From: Antedon mediterranea
Taxonomy: Eukaryota; Animalia; Echinodermata
Assembly: GCF_964355755.1 (NCBI RefSeq)
Contig: NC_092672.1
Coordinates: forward strand, 24,937,237 to 25,001,236
Direction of reading: 5' to 3'
DNA length: 64,000 nucleotides
Shown here: positions 1 through 12,476 of the stretch, in pieces
Layout: every line of letters begins with the position of its first letter
Position numbering within the stretch: the first letter of the stretch is position 1
Position numbers and translations under genes: made by a program
The notes under the pieces: generated by a model
What the model was told of the DNA's origin: nothing
What the model saw: the letters and a program-made list of their open reading frames with translations, nothing else
Database searches by the model: none

Positions 1-1170
1 ATTTACAAATTACATTAAAAGGAGTGGATGCGTTACAAATGATTTCCAGTATGACTCGCCTTCCCATCCCATGATGTCTTGCAACCTGTAAAGGCACGAA
101 AGGTGATTTGATTTTTCAGCTACTTTGTTGTTCACTATATCAGATATCGTCTTTAGTATGTTTTTGCTATACGAGTTAAAAAGTGCACATCATTACACAT
201 CAACTGTCATGTATAAGCACATAAGCTTCTTCGTGATTGCCATTAGCAGATCATTTGTCCTTGTTTAACTTGCATCTTGAAAATCTACTCACTGTTACCA
301 ACTCGTATCATTCTTGTATTGTTCTCTCTGTATTCATTATATAGGTAACTAAAATGCCTGACAGCAATGTTTACTGAATCCTTAAACTGGTAGTGAATGA
401 CTATCATGTTTTTAAGTTTTCAGCTTCTGGAACATCTGTGAGTATGTCAACGCCATCCATTAAGATATGTATGAAGTCAGATTTGGCTGAAGAAATTGAA
501 ATTGATCTATGATCATGCTCTACTTTATGATATTCACCAACTTCAATGTTGTTGATGCTTTCTCAGTGGCTTATAAAATTCTACTTTTTTTCTCTTTAGT
601 TGTTACTTTAAATGTGAGCTCTTCCTCATAATCCGTCAGGTCGAAAAGATATTGTGTATTATGTTTATGTACCATGTCATGCAGAACCTATCACTGAATG
701 AATTGTTTCTTGTTGTACCATATAATTCTATTTTGAATCATAAATGATCCACTCAGTTTTTAAAATATTTGGTGCTGATTGCTTATGGAGTTTGATCTTT
801 TATCACCGACGAGCATAAATAGTATAGTCATAAAAGCAAAAACCAAGATAGCATAGATGCAAGTCTCAAGATGGAGAACCCTTCTAACTTTGATAAAGTC
901 CGATTAATTAGGGTGTTCAAAAACAGAGAATCGATTGACCCAGATTTCTCTTTCAAGATTTTTCGAAACAGAAACCTCTCAGCAAAAACTTTTGTTATTG
1001 TATTGTATCATTCAAAGATTGAACAAAACAACTTCTCAATAATTATGTTATAGGGGCCCGGGTCTCTGTTTTTTGACATTTCTCAAAACCAAAAACCCCA
1101 ACACAATTTTTCAACTTTAGGTCGTATAGGGAGTCTCTGTTTTTGAGATTTCTCGAAAACATAAACCCCC

Positions 1171-1267
1171 AAAAGCAGGCCATATACATGGCTGCAGTCG
1201 CGTGCTCAAGTTAGTGTTTATCGACCCACCAACCGACCGACATAGTGAGCTGCACGCGACTAAAAAA
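1171..1267. mobile_element. Short Helentron-associated (HINE/DINE-like) element remnant
   Basis: 10-bp inverted repeat AGTCGCGTGC (1196-1205)/GCACGCGACT (1252-1261), an internal (ACCG)n-like tract and a terminal A-run; this layout resembles non-autonomous Helentron elements. Confidence 0.35.
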
Positions 1268-1843
1268 TTCTCAATATTACGTTATATATAGGTAGTAATA
1301 GTATTATAGTAAAATATAAATAGGCTATATGGCGTTTCATGTACCTATTTTCCGGACAAAAATCGAAACGCTGACTGGTGGACAACATATAAAAATACAA
1401 ATTACCAACAGACTGGCAAAAGTCTATAAAAGTTTGTGTAATTAACCAATTTTCTATCTAAATTATGTTACAACAGCTTTTTAAGAAAATGACACTTTTG
1501 TATTTAATTTCCTATGTTTTTATGTGTAGAATAAAATGTTTATCTGTATATAATTACTATAATATGAAATGACTAGATGATCTTCAAAAATAGTTTTTTT
1601 TTGTGAATAGATCTGTTGATGTAGATGATTTTCCATGAAAAAACGTAAAAATCCTATATTTTGACCTTGTTTGACCGTTTCACCCTATAAACTGACCTTA
1701 AAACCCAAAACTGAGGATTGCATCCACCCCTATCATTTTTGTCAACCCACAAAGGATCCATCCAACATGGTTGCTGCTATTAACCAAAAAATCTTCCCAA
1801 ATTTTTTTCTAGAGGACTTTTCAGTATTTGGCCTCTCTACTTA

Positions 1844-2029
1844 TTACCATGCTCTATTTTTTTCCTCATTAAAACATCTTTTATTGATGCCTATCCTCTG
1901 ATAAGCCTTCATGCAAACTTCTTTATGACGAGTAATTTCAAATCTTTCGATATTAAAACCAAGATCTTTCTGGTTAACAACTTTTTTACATATTGAAGAG
2001 AAGCGTGGAACCTTAAAATTAGGAACCAT
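1844..2029 (-). pseudogene. Degraded CR1-group LINE reverse transcriptase C-terminal fragment
   Basis: Translation QKDLGFNI...RHKEVCMKAYQRIGINKRCF resembles the CR1 motif EKDLGV.I....H...V..KA...LG.IKR.F. Confidence 0.5.
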
Positions 2030-2624
2030 TGCTTTGACCAGGATGACAACATACCTAAGTCCTTCTGTAGCAGGTCACAATCATCATAGCTTATAATTTC
2101 TTTTAATTATTGAATATTGTCCGCAAACATTTTGGCAGTTGCTTCCCGCCATTCTTTATTGTTATTCTCATTCTTTATTTCCTCTCTCTTTTTAAAAATG
2201 CCGTCACCATTTTATACCATTTATTATGCAATGTATTAATAACGAATTGCAAGACCTTAATAGATAGCATATACCCTAGGCCTATATTTCTTTGATTGTA
2301 TGTTATGATTGTATTGTATGATATACAAACAAACGGTAAAAAGCGTCAATGAATGATATATATTGTATGTTTGTTATGACAGTGATAAACCCAAAACAAC
2401 AACTGCGATATTACGTAAACTAGGTAATTTTAAAAAAGAAGATTAAAAAATGAAAACTCCACCTCCACTAAATGAACACACCAATTGAAGAATAAACACT
2501 CATTGTCGATAATCATTTGTACTTTTATTTTCTGTAGACATCTTATATACTACCATTTGTTTTAATCTAATCAATACATCATACATAACGGAAACAAAAA
2601 ATATCGATTCTTTCATGTCACGAT

Positions 2625-2930
2625 TATTATATATCCTTGGTTCTCTATTGTTCATCCTGTATATCAATGATATGCCGATGACACATCTATTTTATTTTCA
2701 ATAAAAAAATTTAACTATCTGTATGAAGAACCTAAATTAATAAAATAGTAAATTAAATACGTTATTTTTTCGGCAATAAACTTTCTAATAATTTCAATAA
2801 ATCAAATGCTTTATGGATGAAACAATCTTATAAAATCTTCAAATCTTAATGACATTGAGATTCAACTGGTAGACCTCGTTAAGTTTCTTGGTGTATTGAC
2901 TCTTATTTAAGCTGGAAACATCAAATGCAA
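2625..2930 (+). pseudogene. Degraded CR1/L2-group LINE RT fragment
   Basis: Frameshifted pieces ILGSLLFILYINDM, DDTSIF, NKLS, VKFLGV and LSWKH correspond to RT domains around (Y/F)ADD. Confidence 0.55.
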
Positions 2931-3267
2931 ACAGGAAAAACAAAATAATCTTGACAGAGACTTCAATATCAACCTTTTAATTTGCACAGATAATTAAACA
3001 ATTAATTACTACCAATAATTGAAATGTTTACTCTCTCTAGCAACTGAACCCATCAGAATAACAAATAAATAAGATAAACATGAACATTATTGCCAGGAAA
3101 GTGGATTAACTTTTTTGTAAGATTATTTTCCTAATTGCTATTGGTATCTACGAACAGCAGCATTTCTAAACTGGTGTCGGTGTCTTCTAGGCTTGCCAAA
3201 CGGATTCGACACATTTCTACATAAACTATAAAATATGATATAATTATATAAAATATTTATTTATTAA

Positions 3268-3806
3268 AGATGTATTGTCCCTTGAAACACAAAATATGAA
3301 GGTCAAAATATTCTAAATTTAAATTGGCCATATCAAAGTAATATTAAAGTTATTCACTTTAAGTCGAAAATTCGAGCCAAAAACAAAAAGTTTACGTAAT
3401 TAACAGGTAAATTAATTTGATTACATTTCGTCTGGAAAATCGTCGTGAGTGAAAGTAAACAAAGATTTCAAACAACGAGTATGCATTATGCATGATGCTA
3501 ATTAGGATTCGTCACGGGTGAGAAGGTGTTCTCACACAGATCGTGAAAAAGTTTTATGATTATGCATACAGAGTAGCCAAACAAGCGCGTTGCATTATGG
3601 GATATGTTTTGATCGAAAACTTTGACTCGAAGTCAAAGTTATTTTTTGAAAAAAAAAACGTCTATATTTCAGTTAAATGAATTTTTTGTTCGACTCATTT
3701 TCAGTGAAAGTTAATAACTATTCTATGATACTTCAAAATCACCCACTTATTTTCGAAATCTTTTTGTTTAACTTTTTTTTAAATTAGTCAAAGGGACAAT
3801 ACATCT
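3268..3806. mobile_element. Kolobok-like non-autonomous DNA transposon (MITE)
   Basis: TIR AGATGTATTGTCCCTT / AAGGGACAATACATCT, flanked by TTAA (3264-3267) and TTAT; the same TIR family occurs at 23269-23549. Confidence 0.7.
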
Positions 3807-4030
3807 TTATCATTTTCATTTTATTATATTATATTAAAATGTAATTTAAACCAAGGCAGCTATGCATAAAGAAACATACAATGTACAGTTACCTAATGTA
3901 GCCTCAATTGCAAATGTTGTATCTATATTGTATTAATACCATAATTATTGTAATTTATTTTTTTTTGGTAGAAAATAAAATTTAACATTGAACTTGCGAA
4001 CTCTGTATAATAAAAGAATATTTCTTGTTG

Positions 4031-4366
4031 CTAAAAAAATCCAATTTCTCTTCTAACACAATCCCTTAGGTTGATGTGAAAGAGCATAGAACCTTCTGGA
4101 GTAGTTGGGATCTCCCATTCGTTGAATATGATTGTATTCAAACAGTATTCAAATAGATCACGATCACATGGGTATTCGTCTTTGAATTTACTGGATTCTT
4201 TACAAAGGTCTATTCTCCTCTGATCTACCTGCTTGATGTGATCCCTGCTGTGATAAACCTGTGGCAGCTGAAACATCACTAGAGGGCGTCCATTGGTAAC
4301 ATGGTCTTGCTTAGACCTTCTTATCAAATGAGTGTCCCATAACTCCGCTTTTCTATCAAGATCATC
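4031..4366 (-). CDS. Transposase terminal exon (acceptor apparently mutated)
   Basis: DDLDRKAELWDTHLIRRS...NGRPLVMF continues the family's WNxHxIR...GRP motif in phase 0 after RLIQ; the acceptor position reads CCG instead of CAG. Confidence 0.7.
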   Translation of the reverse strand, partial: DDLDRKAELWDTHLIRRSKQDHVTNGRPLVMFQLPQVYHSRDHIKQVDQRRIDLCKESSKFKDEYPCDRDLFEYCLNTIIFNEWEIPTTPEGSMLFHINLRDCVRREIGFF

Positions 4367-4875
4367 CGGCATAAATGTAGACAATGATAATCATAAATAC
4401 ATAATTCATAATCTAAATCCAACGTATTACAAGCTTGAAAACGAATAAGCGAGTTTCGAGTGATTGTTTCTCAGAAATGGCATCCATGTATTTATTATTT
4501 AAAAAATGCAATATCTTTTTAACCAGGAGCTGTACAGTAGGTATGGCATATGAAGATGTGTTGAAATTTGTGTTGTGATCATGAAATACTATGTACATTA
4601 GCTAGATTGACATTGAGGTAAAAAAAATCTAATGTAGCCTATTTAATTAAACTACTGCATCTGTTAAAATTTGAAAGCGTTCCTTTATTAGGAAAAAAAA
4701 TCCATAAATTAACAGACAACCAAAATTGATATGCCTTCCATTTTAATGCTTATAATTGATATTCTACATTTACATGAAGATGCCAGATGATCAACAGGCA
4801 TTATGAGTGGAATATGCCTTCCTTACATTGGATACTGGTTGGTTAACGCACAAATTCATGACAGAAGTTACTAAC

Positions 4876-5718
4876 CTGAATAAGCCTCATTAACACAAAT
4901 CTAACAAGTTCTTTGTCCAATAAGTCACCAGAGAAGTGGCCTTCATGAATAAGATATTTAAAAATCAAAATCCAAAACTCTGTGCACTGCTTCCTTAATT
5001 GTCCCCACCAAGATTCTATCCTTTGGTTTGCCGTACTTTGGCCACTCAAGTAACTCTTTTTGCCAGCAAACGTGTCATCATGATTTCTGAGAAACATCTG
5101 AAATGCCGCAATATGCCCATTTTCTGTTCCTTTGTCTGTTCTGACAAGAGTAGGACATCCTCCTATCCTTTCGACTGCTTTCAAGAAGAAACCTCCAATA
5201 TAAGCTGGATCATTTGTTGTGCTGTTCGCCTCAAGCCAAATTAGTTTTCTTGAAAACCCATCAATGCATCCATTAATACCAATGCCATACGGTTTGAGTT
5301 TGTCCATTGAATCGACATGCCATACAAAATTCGGCCCTCTGGCTGAATATCGTCGACGTACTAATCTTCGCCTTTTCCGAAGCTTCACCCCTTCTGGATC
5401 TAGTTCAAGTAGAATCTTTCTAACGTTTTCTCTACTAACAACCATACCTGCCTTTACCAACCTCAGATGCATCCAGCGATAACCATGTAACTCACCACCT
5501 CTTTGCAATAGATTTAGTATAAATCTTCTAACTTGATCAATGTCAGTTTGTTGTCTGTGACGGTACAGTTCTAGGCGCTGTAGTTCCCTTTGCAGCTGAC
5601 GAATGCTTATGTTAACGTCATAACAGCAACTCAATGTGGCTGCTATTTCAACATGTGTATACCCAGACTTGAAATAATACTTGATAAGTTCATCCGTTTC
5701 ATTCAATGCCACTTCCAT
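4876..5718 (-). CDS. DDE transposase/integrase core (IS3EU/IS481-like), main coding exon
   Basis: ATG at 5718; HTH-like N-terminus, GYRWMH, RRRYSARGPNFVWHVD (D1), GCIDGFSR, RTDKGTEN (D2), NQRIESWW (E); GTTAGT donor at 4875. Confidence 0.85.
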
Positions 5719-6609
5719 GAAGATTAAATTATAAGAAAAAAAAAGTACAATTAACACCAAATTTACAAAGATATACTGAATATCTTTCACAAAAGACAGC
5801 TCACTGTTCCAACCTGTAGGCCTATGTCAGAACAACAACACATACAGTATAATGTTACAATGTCATAAAATTGTGAAATGCCACACTCACAATGATTTTC
5901 AACTAATGCCTATATTAATAATTCCAAATAAACGTATGATCTCCATTCAAAAAGTCTAATTATGTTTGTCTCCGTTTATAATGGTTATACATTAAACCAT
6001 GGAGAGCCTCCATCACGATTAGGCCTAGCCTTATAATAGGTATTAGCAACATTATTACTAAATAAGTACTATTTAAGCATGGACCAAATTTATAGGTCTA
6101 TGATTTAAGTAAGCAATATGCACAGTTCTAGTGTTAATTATAGGTGGCGCTATTTCGTCTAACAGTATGCCTTGAGTTGAGAAACTATTTTCCAAATTAA
6201 AAAAAATTGCATAATAATACTATAATAGGCCTAAACCGGTCCTAGTTCTGAGAGCGGGATCGATTAAATTCCTGATTGTGATAATTATACTTATAGGCAT
6301 CTTTCAGCTATGTCCAGCGCTAACAGGAAGCATACATACAATTAACATGAAGCGCATCACACACGCACGCAACCCCTTCGGCCCACCATTTATTATAGAA
6401 TACTGTAGGCCTACAGGCCTAACTAGTAACTATTACAATTATTATTAGGCTCAGCCTACCAGCCCATTAATTTAATTCATTATCTGTCGTCACTTGCACT
6501 TATAGTGTAAAATTTTACAAGGCCAATTTTCAATCAAATAATTATATTGTCCAAGGTATAAACATGTTTCTTATAATACAATAATAATAACTACTAGGCC
6601 TATACTTAC

Positions 6610-6680
6610 TTTTGATTTCTGTGTTTCTTCTTATTACACGTGACGCTGTGGAGGCGTACTACGCATGCGCATGTACGTGT
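6610..6680 (-). promoter_or_regulatory. Putative transposase promoter/first non-coding exon
   Basis: GTAAGT donor at 6609-6604 and a CCTACAG acceptor before 5813; E-box CACGTG (about 6637) and NRF1-like GCATGCGCAT (about 6663) next to the subterminal array. Confidence 0.35.
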
Positions 6681-6696
6681 GAACGGATTGTATAAT

Positions 6697-7050
6697 TAGG
6701 GCGTTATAACGCCCTAATACGGCGTTATAACGCCCTAATACGGCGTTATAACGCCCTAATACGGCGTTATAACGCCCTAATTAGGGCGTTATAACGCCCT
6801 AATACGGCGTAAATAAATAAAGTAAAATAACGCCGTAAATACGGCGTTATAACGCCGTATTAGGGCGTTATAACGCCCTAATACGGCGTTATAATGCCGT
6901 ACTTACGGCGTTATAACGCCCTAAATTAGAGCGTTACGCCCTATACGGCGTTATAACGCCCTAATACGGCGTTATAACGCCCTAATACGGCGTTATAACG
7001 CCCTAATGCGGCGTTATAACGCCCTAATTACGGCGTTATAACGCCGTATT
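6697..7050. repeat. Tandem array of about 21-bp units with palindromic core GGCGTTATAACGCC
   Basis: About 16 units, 13 with the perfect 14-bp palindrome, and near-invariant TAAT/TAATA linkers. Confidence 0.95.
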
Positions 7051-7109
7051 ATTATAAAAAAAAATTTTCTTTGGCGGAAATCAGCCACCGTAGAAGAGAA
7101 AGCAAATTA

Positions 7110-8596
7110 AGGCTGGTTTCCTGTCGACATAAGAACATCATTTTTGTAGCGACTATGTCGATTTGTCGTAAGAAATGCGGGTTTTACAGGAAACCGATTA
7201 CGATCGAAAATTTATAAAATCGACGCAACGTAAGAAAAATGGTAACGACAAACGATTTTACAGGAAACCGATGACCTAACAATTGTTGCGTTACGACGTT
7301 TTCTTCCGATTTTACAGGAAACCGGGATTTTTTGTCTTATGCTTGAATGAACGCCCTTGCGTCACGTTTCTTACGTCTCTTACGAAAGTTGACTTGAAGT
7401 CAACTTTCGCAAGAGACGTAAGCGCAATCGTAACAAGCAACCAATGAGCGACAAGAGTTATGACGTAATGTGTATGACCTTATAGTGAAATAAAGCCGGA
7501 TAATATTAACATTTGTATGTATTTAATACTAATTTTAGCCAACTTTACGATGTTGTAGGCCTACATACTTTACAAATGCACAGTAGTTTCAATATAGGCC
7601 TAATAATGTTCTAATCAGGGAGTTCACAACTCATATCAAAATATAATACCGGTACTCTTATTTATGGACGTGCAATAAACAATCAGCATTTCAAAGAAAC
7701 CGACATTCTTCTGTCACGAAAAATTAACATTTGCAACAAGATAAGATATAGAAAGCCCCTTTATAAGCAATATAATATTATTACGTAACTTTTAAAAAAA
7801 CTGTTTGTTTGATTTTGTATAATTTATATTGTTTTGTTAAATTTATTCTTATTATAGGCCTGTAAATAATGGGTATCTTACTGCGGTAGTACTATCTCAT
7901 GCTCGATTAGAAATGCCTGGGCCCATAGGCCATGGCCTATGGCCTAGCATGGAACTATAATATAATAGTTCCATGGGTAGGTCTAATAATAATAGGAATC
8001 CCGAAATGATTTGCCTTTTTTTAATTTTGAAAACTATTTAAGGCTAGGCCTAGAGGGCCAGGATAATTAATTCATATTTGTATCCATACACTACTACATA
8101 GCCTAGGCTAGTTTGATTAGATTTTGGTCAAATCAATTCATATTAGTACAGTATTAATTAAGTATTATTACTAATACTAGGGCCTAGCCTATCTACTGAA
8201 AATAATATGTTGGTGTGCTGCACTGACCTGAGTAGCTACAGGTACAATAACAACATTCAACATTTCGCGCGAAAAAGGATAAAACCCGCTCTAAAAAAAG
8301 AAACACCAATCAGAGATGTTGTTTCAAATACGTCATAAATCTGACCGACGTAAGAAAAAAATTTCAACTTTCGTAACAACACTAAAATCGACGTAAGCAT
8401 ACGACGTTTGTTTCACAGACAAAATTTCAACTTTCGGGAGCAGCATAACTACAGATGTTTCTTTGCGGGCCGACACGATCTTGACTAACGTCAACGACGT
8501 CATTTTTTTCTCAACTTTCGTAAGAGACGTAAGAAACGTATGAAACGCAAGAATCGTTGCAAAATTTGACTTCTTACGTCGACAGGAAACCAGCCT
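7110..8596. mobile_element. PIF/Harbinger-like non-autonomous element
   Basis: TIR AGGCTGGTTTCCTGTCGAC(A/G)TAAGAA at both ends; TTA TSD at 7107-7109 and 8597-8599; internal inverted subterminal repeats at about 7365-7391 and 8511-8540. Confidence 0.85.
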
Positions 8597-8669
8597 TTAG
8601 TATTAACTAATATAATAATACTATTACTTCTACTCGCGAAAACGTACGTACGAGTACGCCAACAAAATC

Positions 8670-8883
8670 ACCTATTATGGACAACACAATGGATGACGCA
8701 CTTCTCCAATAAACTCGCCTATATTGTGGACAAAAAGTCGCCTATTTTGGACAGCCAATTATATTATTATGAAAGTTACCTATTATGGACAAACAACAGC
8801 GCCCTCTAGTCCCTATTATGGGCAGAAAGTCCCCTATTATAGACAGAAAAGTAACCTATTATGGACAGATTTCACCAACCCTA
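8670..8883. repeat. Clustered CCTATTATGGAC(A) repeats, probable DNA transposon end
   Basis: About 7 imperfect copies ending in ...CACCAACCCTA (hAT-like terminus); partner end not found. Confidence 0.45.
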
Positions 8884-9613
8884 TTGAATTAATCCGGGCA
8901 TGGTCTCACGTACCACGACAGTATGAAACGCCATGTGTCCCAAATATGTATTATAAAATACACAGACTATGAATCACCATTTCTAATAAATACCAACCAC
9001 ATTATAAATCCACTTGTATTTTAACTATTTACACCGAATGTTTGCACTTTGTTTATAACTATTGCAGATCATGTACGGTGACATACATAACGAATAAAAA
9101 TAGGCTTATAAATAAACGTGCCTTCAATAACGGAGAAGTCTGTATAGGTATTAACTCCAATAACGCTTTATATATTTCCGATAAATTTAAGCCGACTGTG
9201 TCATTAGCACATGTTATCAAAAGCATCTTATAATTTTTTTTTTTTTATTTTTTTTTTTTTGGGTAGGGTATATGACACCTAGGCCTAACTATATTTATAT
9301 GGTCATACAACGCCTACTATTTATGCTCAATATAGAGATTTAAATACAACGCCTACTATACTATGTTTCCATTACTACTAACTAACACTTTGTATACACA
9401 GTCATACAGATAGGCACTAAGTCGCAGTTTCAACGCGTCCTCCACTAATAACATGATCATACTTACTCAAAGAGATTTGGATACTGCGCCGAATAGGCAA
9501 TTATTAGTATCAATCCTCTTAAACTGTATACCGTATTATTGTTATAGTAAAACATTCACATAAATAAAGTAACTCCGAATACTATGTAAAATCTAAGAGG
9601 AAATAAGACTCAC

Positions 9614-9779
9614 CAGAGGTATTGAGAGCATGCACCGACTCTAGGAACAACGTACCAATCAATTCACCCATCCATATTATCATGTTGTCATTCTCTCGAT
9701 TTAATATTCACTAATCCAAAATTGAACCAATATTATAAGTCACTGATTCCAGTGTGTGTACAATAACAATAGCAGCATA
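9614..9779 (-). CDS. Possible first coding exon of a - strand gene (weak signal-peptide-like start)
   Basis: Acceptor TTCTATTTGTGTTTAG, ATG at 9683, MIIWMGELIGTLFLESVHALNTS, phase-1 GTGAGT donor; another GTAAGA donor upstream near 9962. Confidence 0.3.
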
Positions 9780-10479
9780 CTAAACACAAATAGAACACCT
9801 TTGTGTATGTATAACGTTTGATTTAGCACGCCGAGTTTCAGTTCTGAGAAAAGCCGAATAGGATATTTAAAGTATTTCCATAAATCATGGATTAATGAAT
9901 GATAAATCCGGTTTCTGCTGTAGGTTTAGGCCTAAATTGATAAAAGGAGAAAAAAATCTTACCAGATATGCAGGAATAAATACCATTTTACAATTGTATC
10001 ATGGCCAATTCGACAAAGCAGGATATAAAGGTGTACAAAATCAGCGTGGGGAATTCAGTATCTGAACACCGATTGAAACGGGGGCGGTTAAAAGTGCTTG
10101 AAACATACCAGGCATTGCATAAAAGCATTAAAAAAACACGTTATAACAAGTTATACATTCGCAACTTCGTGTGTTTTGCGCTACCTTTTAAAATTAAGAC
10201 ATAGTCCCAGTTTACATTTCATTTTGTTTTTTATGTTCTTTTCATTTTCATCTATTATTTCCTTTTAACATATTTGTATAAATAAACTCCGAATACTTGG
10301 TTATGATCAAATAAAGTTCAAACATTAAATTATGAGTTCTTCCCTCTTATTATATGGAATTGGTTGTTTTATACTATTATGTTATTTATACATAATCCGT
10401 ACATTGCTTTTTTGTATTTTAACCTATGTAGGCCTATATATTTTTTATGACGAATAAACTTGAATTGGAGATATTTCTC

Positions 10480-10870
10480 TACCTGTCTAAATCAGACACA
10501 TTCTTCTACACAGCAGCACAACAATGGAACATATTACCACACATTTTAAAAACCATTTTTAGCAAGACAGATTTTAAATTTAAAGTAAAGGAATATTTAG
10601 CAACGTCTCATGAATGAATAAATGACAGATGTATTTTAACTTACTGTAAGTCGACTTTAAAGAATGACTTGTAATATTATTTGAATAATCAATTTTATAC
10701 AGTATGCTTTTATATGCTATGTTTTATTGTTTTACTGGTTTAATATTTTATTATTTGTATGTATAATGTACCCCAATGGAAATAAGCTGGAATGATATTT
10801 ACCGGCTTTTTGGGTTATCCATGGAACTACCGTATGTTTTAATTGTTCTTGTTTACCAATTGTAATGTAT
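10480..10870 (+). mobile_element. 3' end of a CR1/L2-group (Crack/Daphne-like) LINE
   Basis: TFFYTAAQQWNILPHILKT...FKFKVKEYL is the typical WN.LP...FK..LK RT tail, followed by an AT-rich UTR with CCCCAATGGAAATAAG. Confidence 0.6.
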
Positions 10871-12476
10871 ATTTGTGTACTTCCGAATCAATTCAAACGA
10901 AATGTTTAAGTGCTTAGAAGCATTGTGCAATAAGCGCTTTGTACGAACGAATATTATTATTATTAAGAGAGAAAAAATATATATAGAAAAGCAAAGCACT
11001 GAATTGCCATCATATTCTTCTATGCTTTCTTCTATGTAACCGGTTCTTGCTGGTTACACACCAAATTCGGGATGGATTCGAGGTGACGTTCAGATAGTTT
11101 TATTCTCTCTGCGGATCAGTCAATAAGAGATGAGGTTTCTTATTGATGTCCACATCGAAATTCTGACCAAATCCATTTTCCGCGAAAGGAACCGACAACT
11201 TCGCGCATAAAAGACACTGCGATAAATATTTACTATATGAACAGCGATATAAATGTATTAAATAATAATGATATTATTTACCATTTTTATATGATTTCAT
11301 AATTAATAGAATGCAACGAAATATTAACTTAATTAACCAAATAAATGTAGATGTACAAAAATGGTAGGGTCCAACTAACTTAACTAATTAAAACTAGTAT
11401 TTTAAGGAAAGATAAACAATTAACTTTACTAAATTAACCGGACTAAGAAAATATAAACAGCATGAATATTTTGGAGGTGTGAAAATAATCTTATTTCAGG
11501 AAGTTCTTAATGAGATAATAGTTAATTCACATGTGTATTAAGATATTAATGCAGAACAAAGGAAATAACAAGATAAAATACAAATAAGTAACAGGCCAGA
11601 TAATTACCATAAGTAGAATATTTTAGCACTTTGTCGTAATTCAATGTTGTAATTCAATAAATGTGTACAATGTTAAACAACACACTGTTACATTAACAAT
11701 TTATATTACATGAACTGATACGTACCACCAGGTGCACAATAGAAATTTATTTTTATACAGAATGTGTATATAGATTAAAAAAAGTACAATGACTTCCGTG
11801 TTTAACAATAATGAAATTATGGTGAAACTATAATTAATAAATACTTGAACCACGAAGGACAGAATAGAAGTGATACAAACCACAATGACAAAACTTTAAA
11901 CAAAATATTATTAATGAGTTTGTTGTTGTTGCTTTTATATAGTTTTGTAACTGCAACGTTAATTAATTCAAAACACTTTTATAAATAAATCTGAGTAAAT
12001 TCATATAATAAATTAATAATTCAATTAATTAATACCAAAAATGAAACATAGATAAATCTAATTCGATTCATGTCCTTGAACAAATAATCTGTTGGATAAG
12101 ATAAGATAAATTTTACAAGGCAATGTAAAAACAAAAAGAAAAGTATAAAAAAATAACATAAAAGTAAAATGAAATACTGTAGTAAAAACAAGGTAATCTT
12201 ACAGATCGAACAATACTTAACCTATATGATGGAGTTAATGTTATTATTTATTTATTATCAGTATTATTAATATTTTCAAGTTTAAAGCGAATATATTATC
12301 ATTATTATTACTAAAAAATATATATTATATAATTGCCAATTGATTTTATTATACTGTTATTATTAAAATAAAGGCAACTGTTATATGATTATTTGTTCTT
12401 ATTATATTTAATTTTAATAGCTATTTGTAATTTAATTAAACGTGATACTATTTTTATTATACTATTTAGTCTTATT

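Larger units (their letters stand above)
4031..7092 (-). mobile_element. IS3EU-like DNA transposon, one terminus plus transposase gene (other end not found)
   Basis: DDE integrase-core gene, palindromic subterminal array (6697-7050) and terminus ...TGGCGGAAATCAGCCACCGTA at 7092 (TACGG on the - strand, matching TAYGG-type IS3EU ends as I recall them). Confidence 0.65.

Noticed and set aside
4843-5790. Bacterial IS contamination, or the ORF as called (315 aa)
   Set aside because: The gene has spliceosomal intron structure; the listed GTG start and VSNF... tail are UTR and intron read-through
6697-7050. CRISPR-like palindromic repeat array
   Set aside because: Linkers are only about 7 bp and nearly invariant, with no unique spacers and no cas genes; the context is a eukaryotic transposon end
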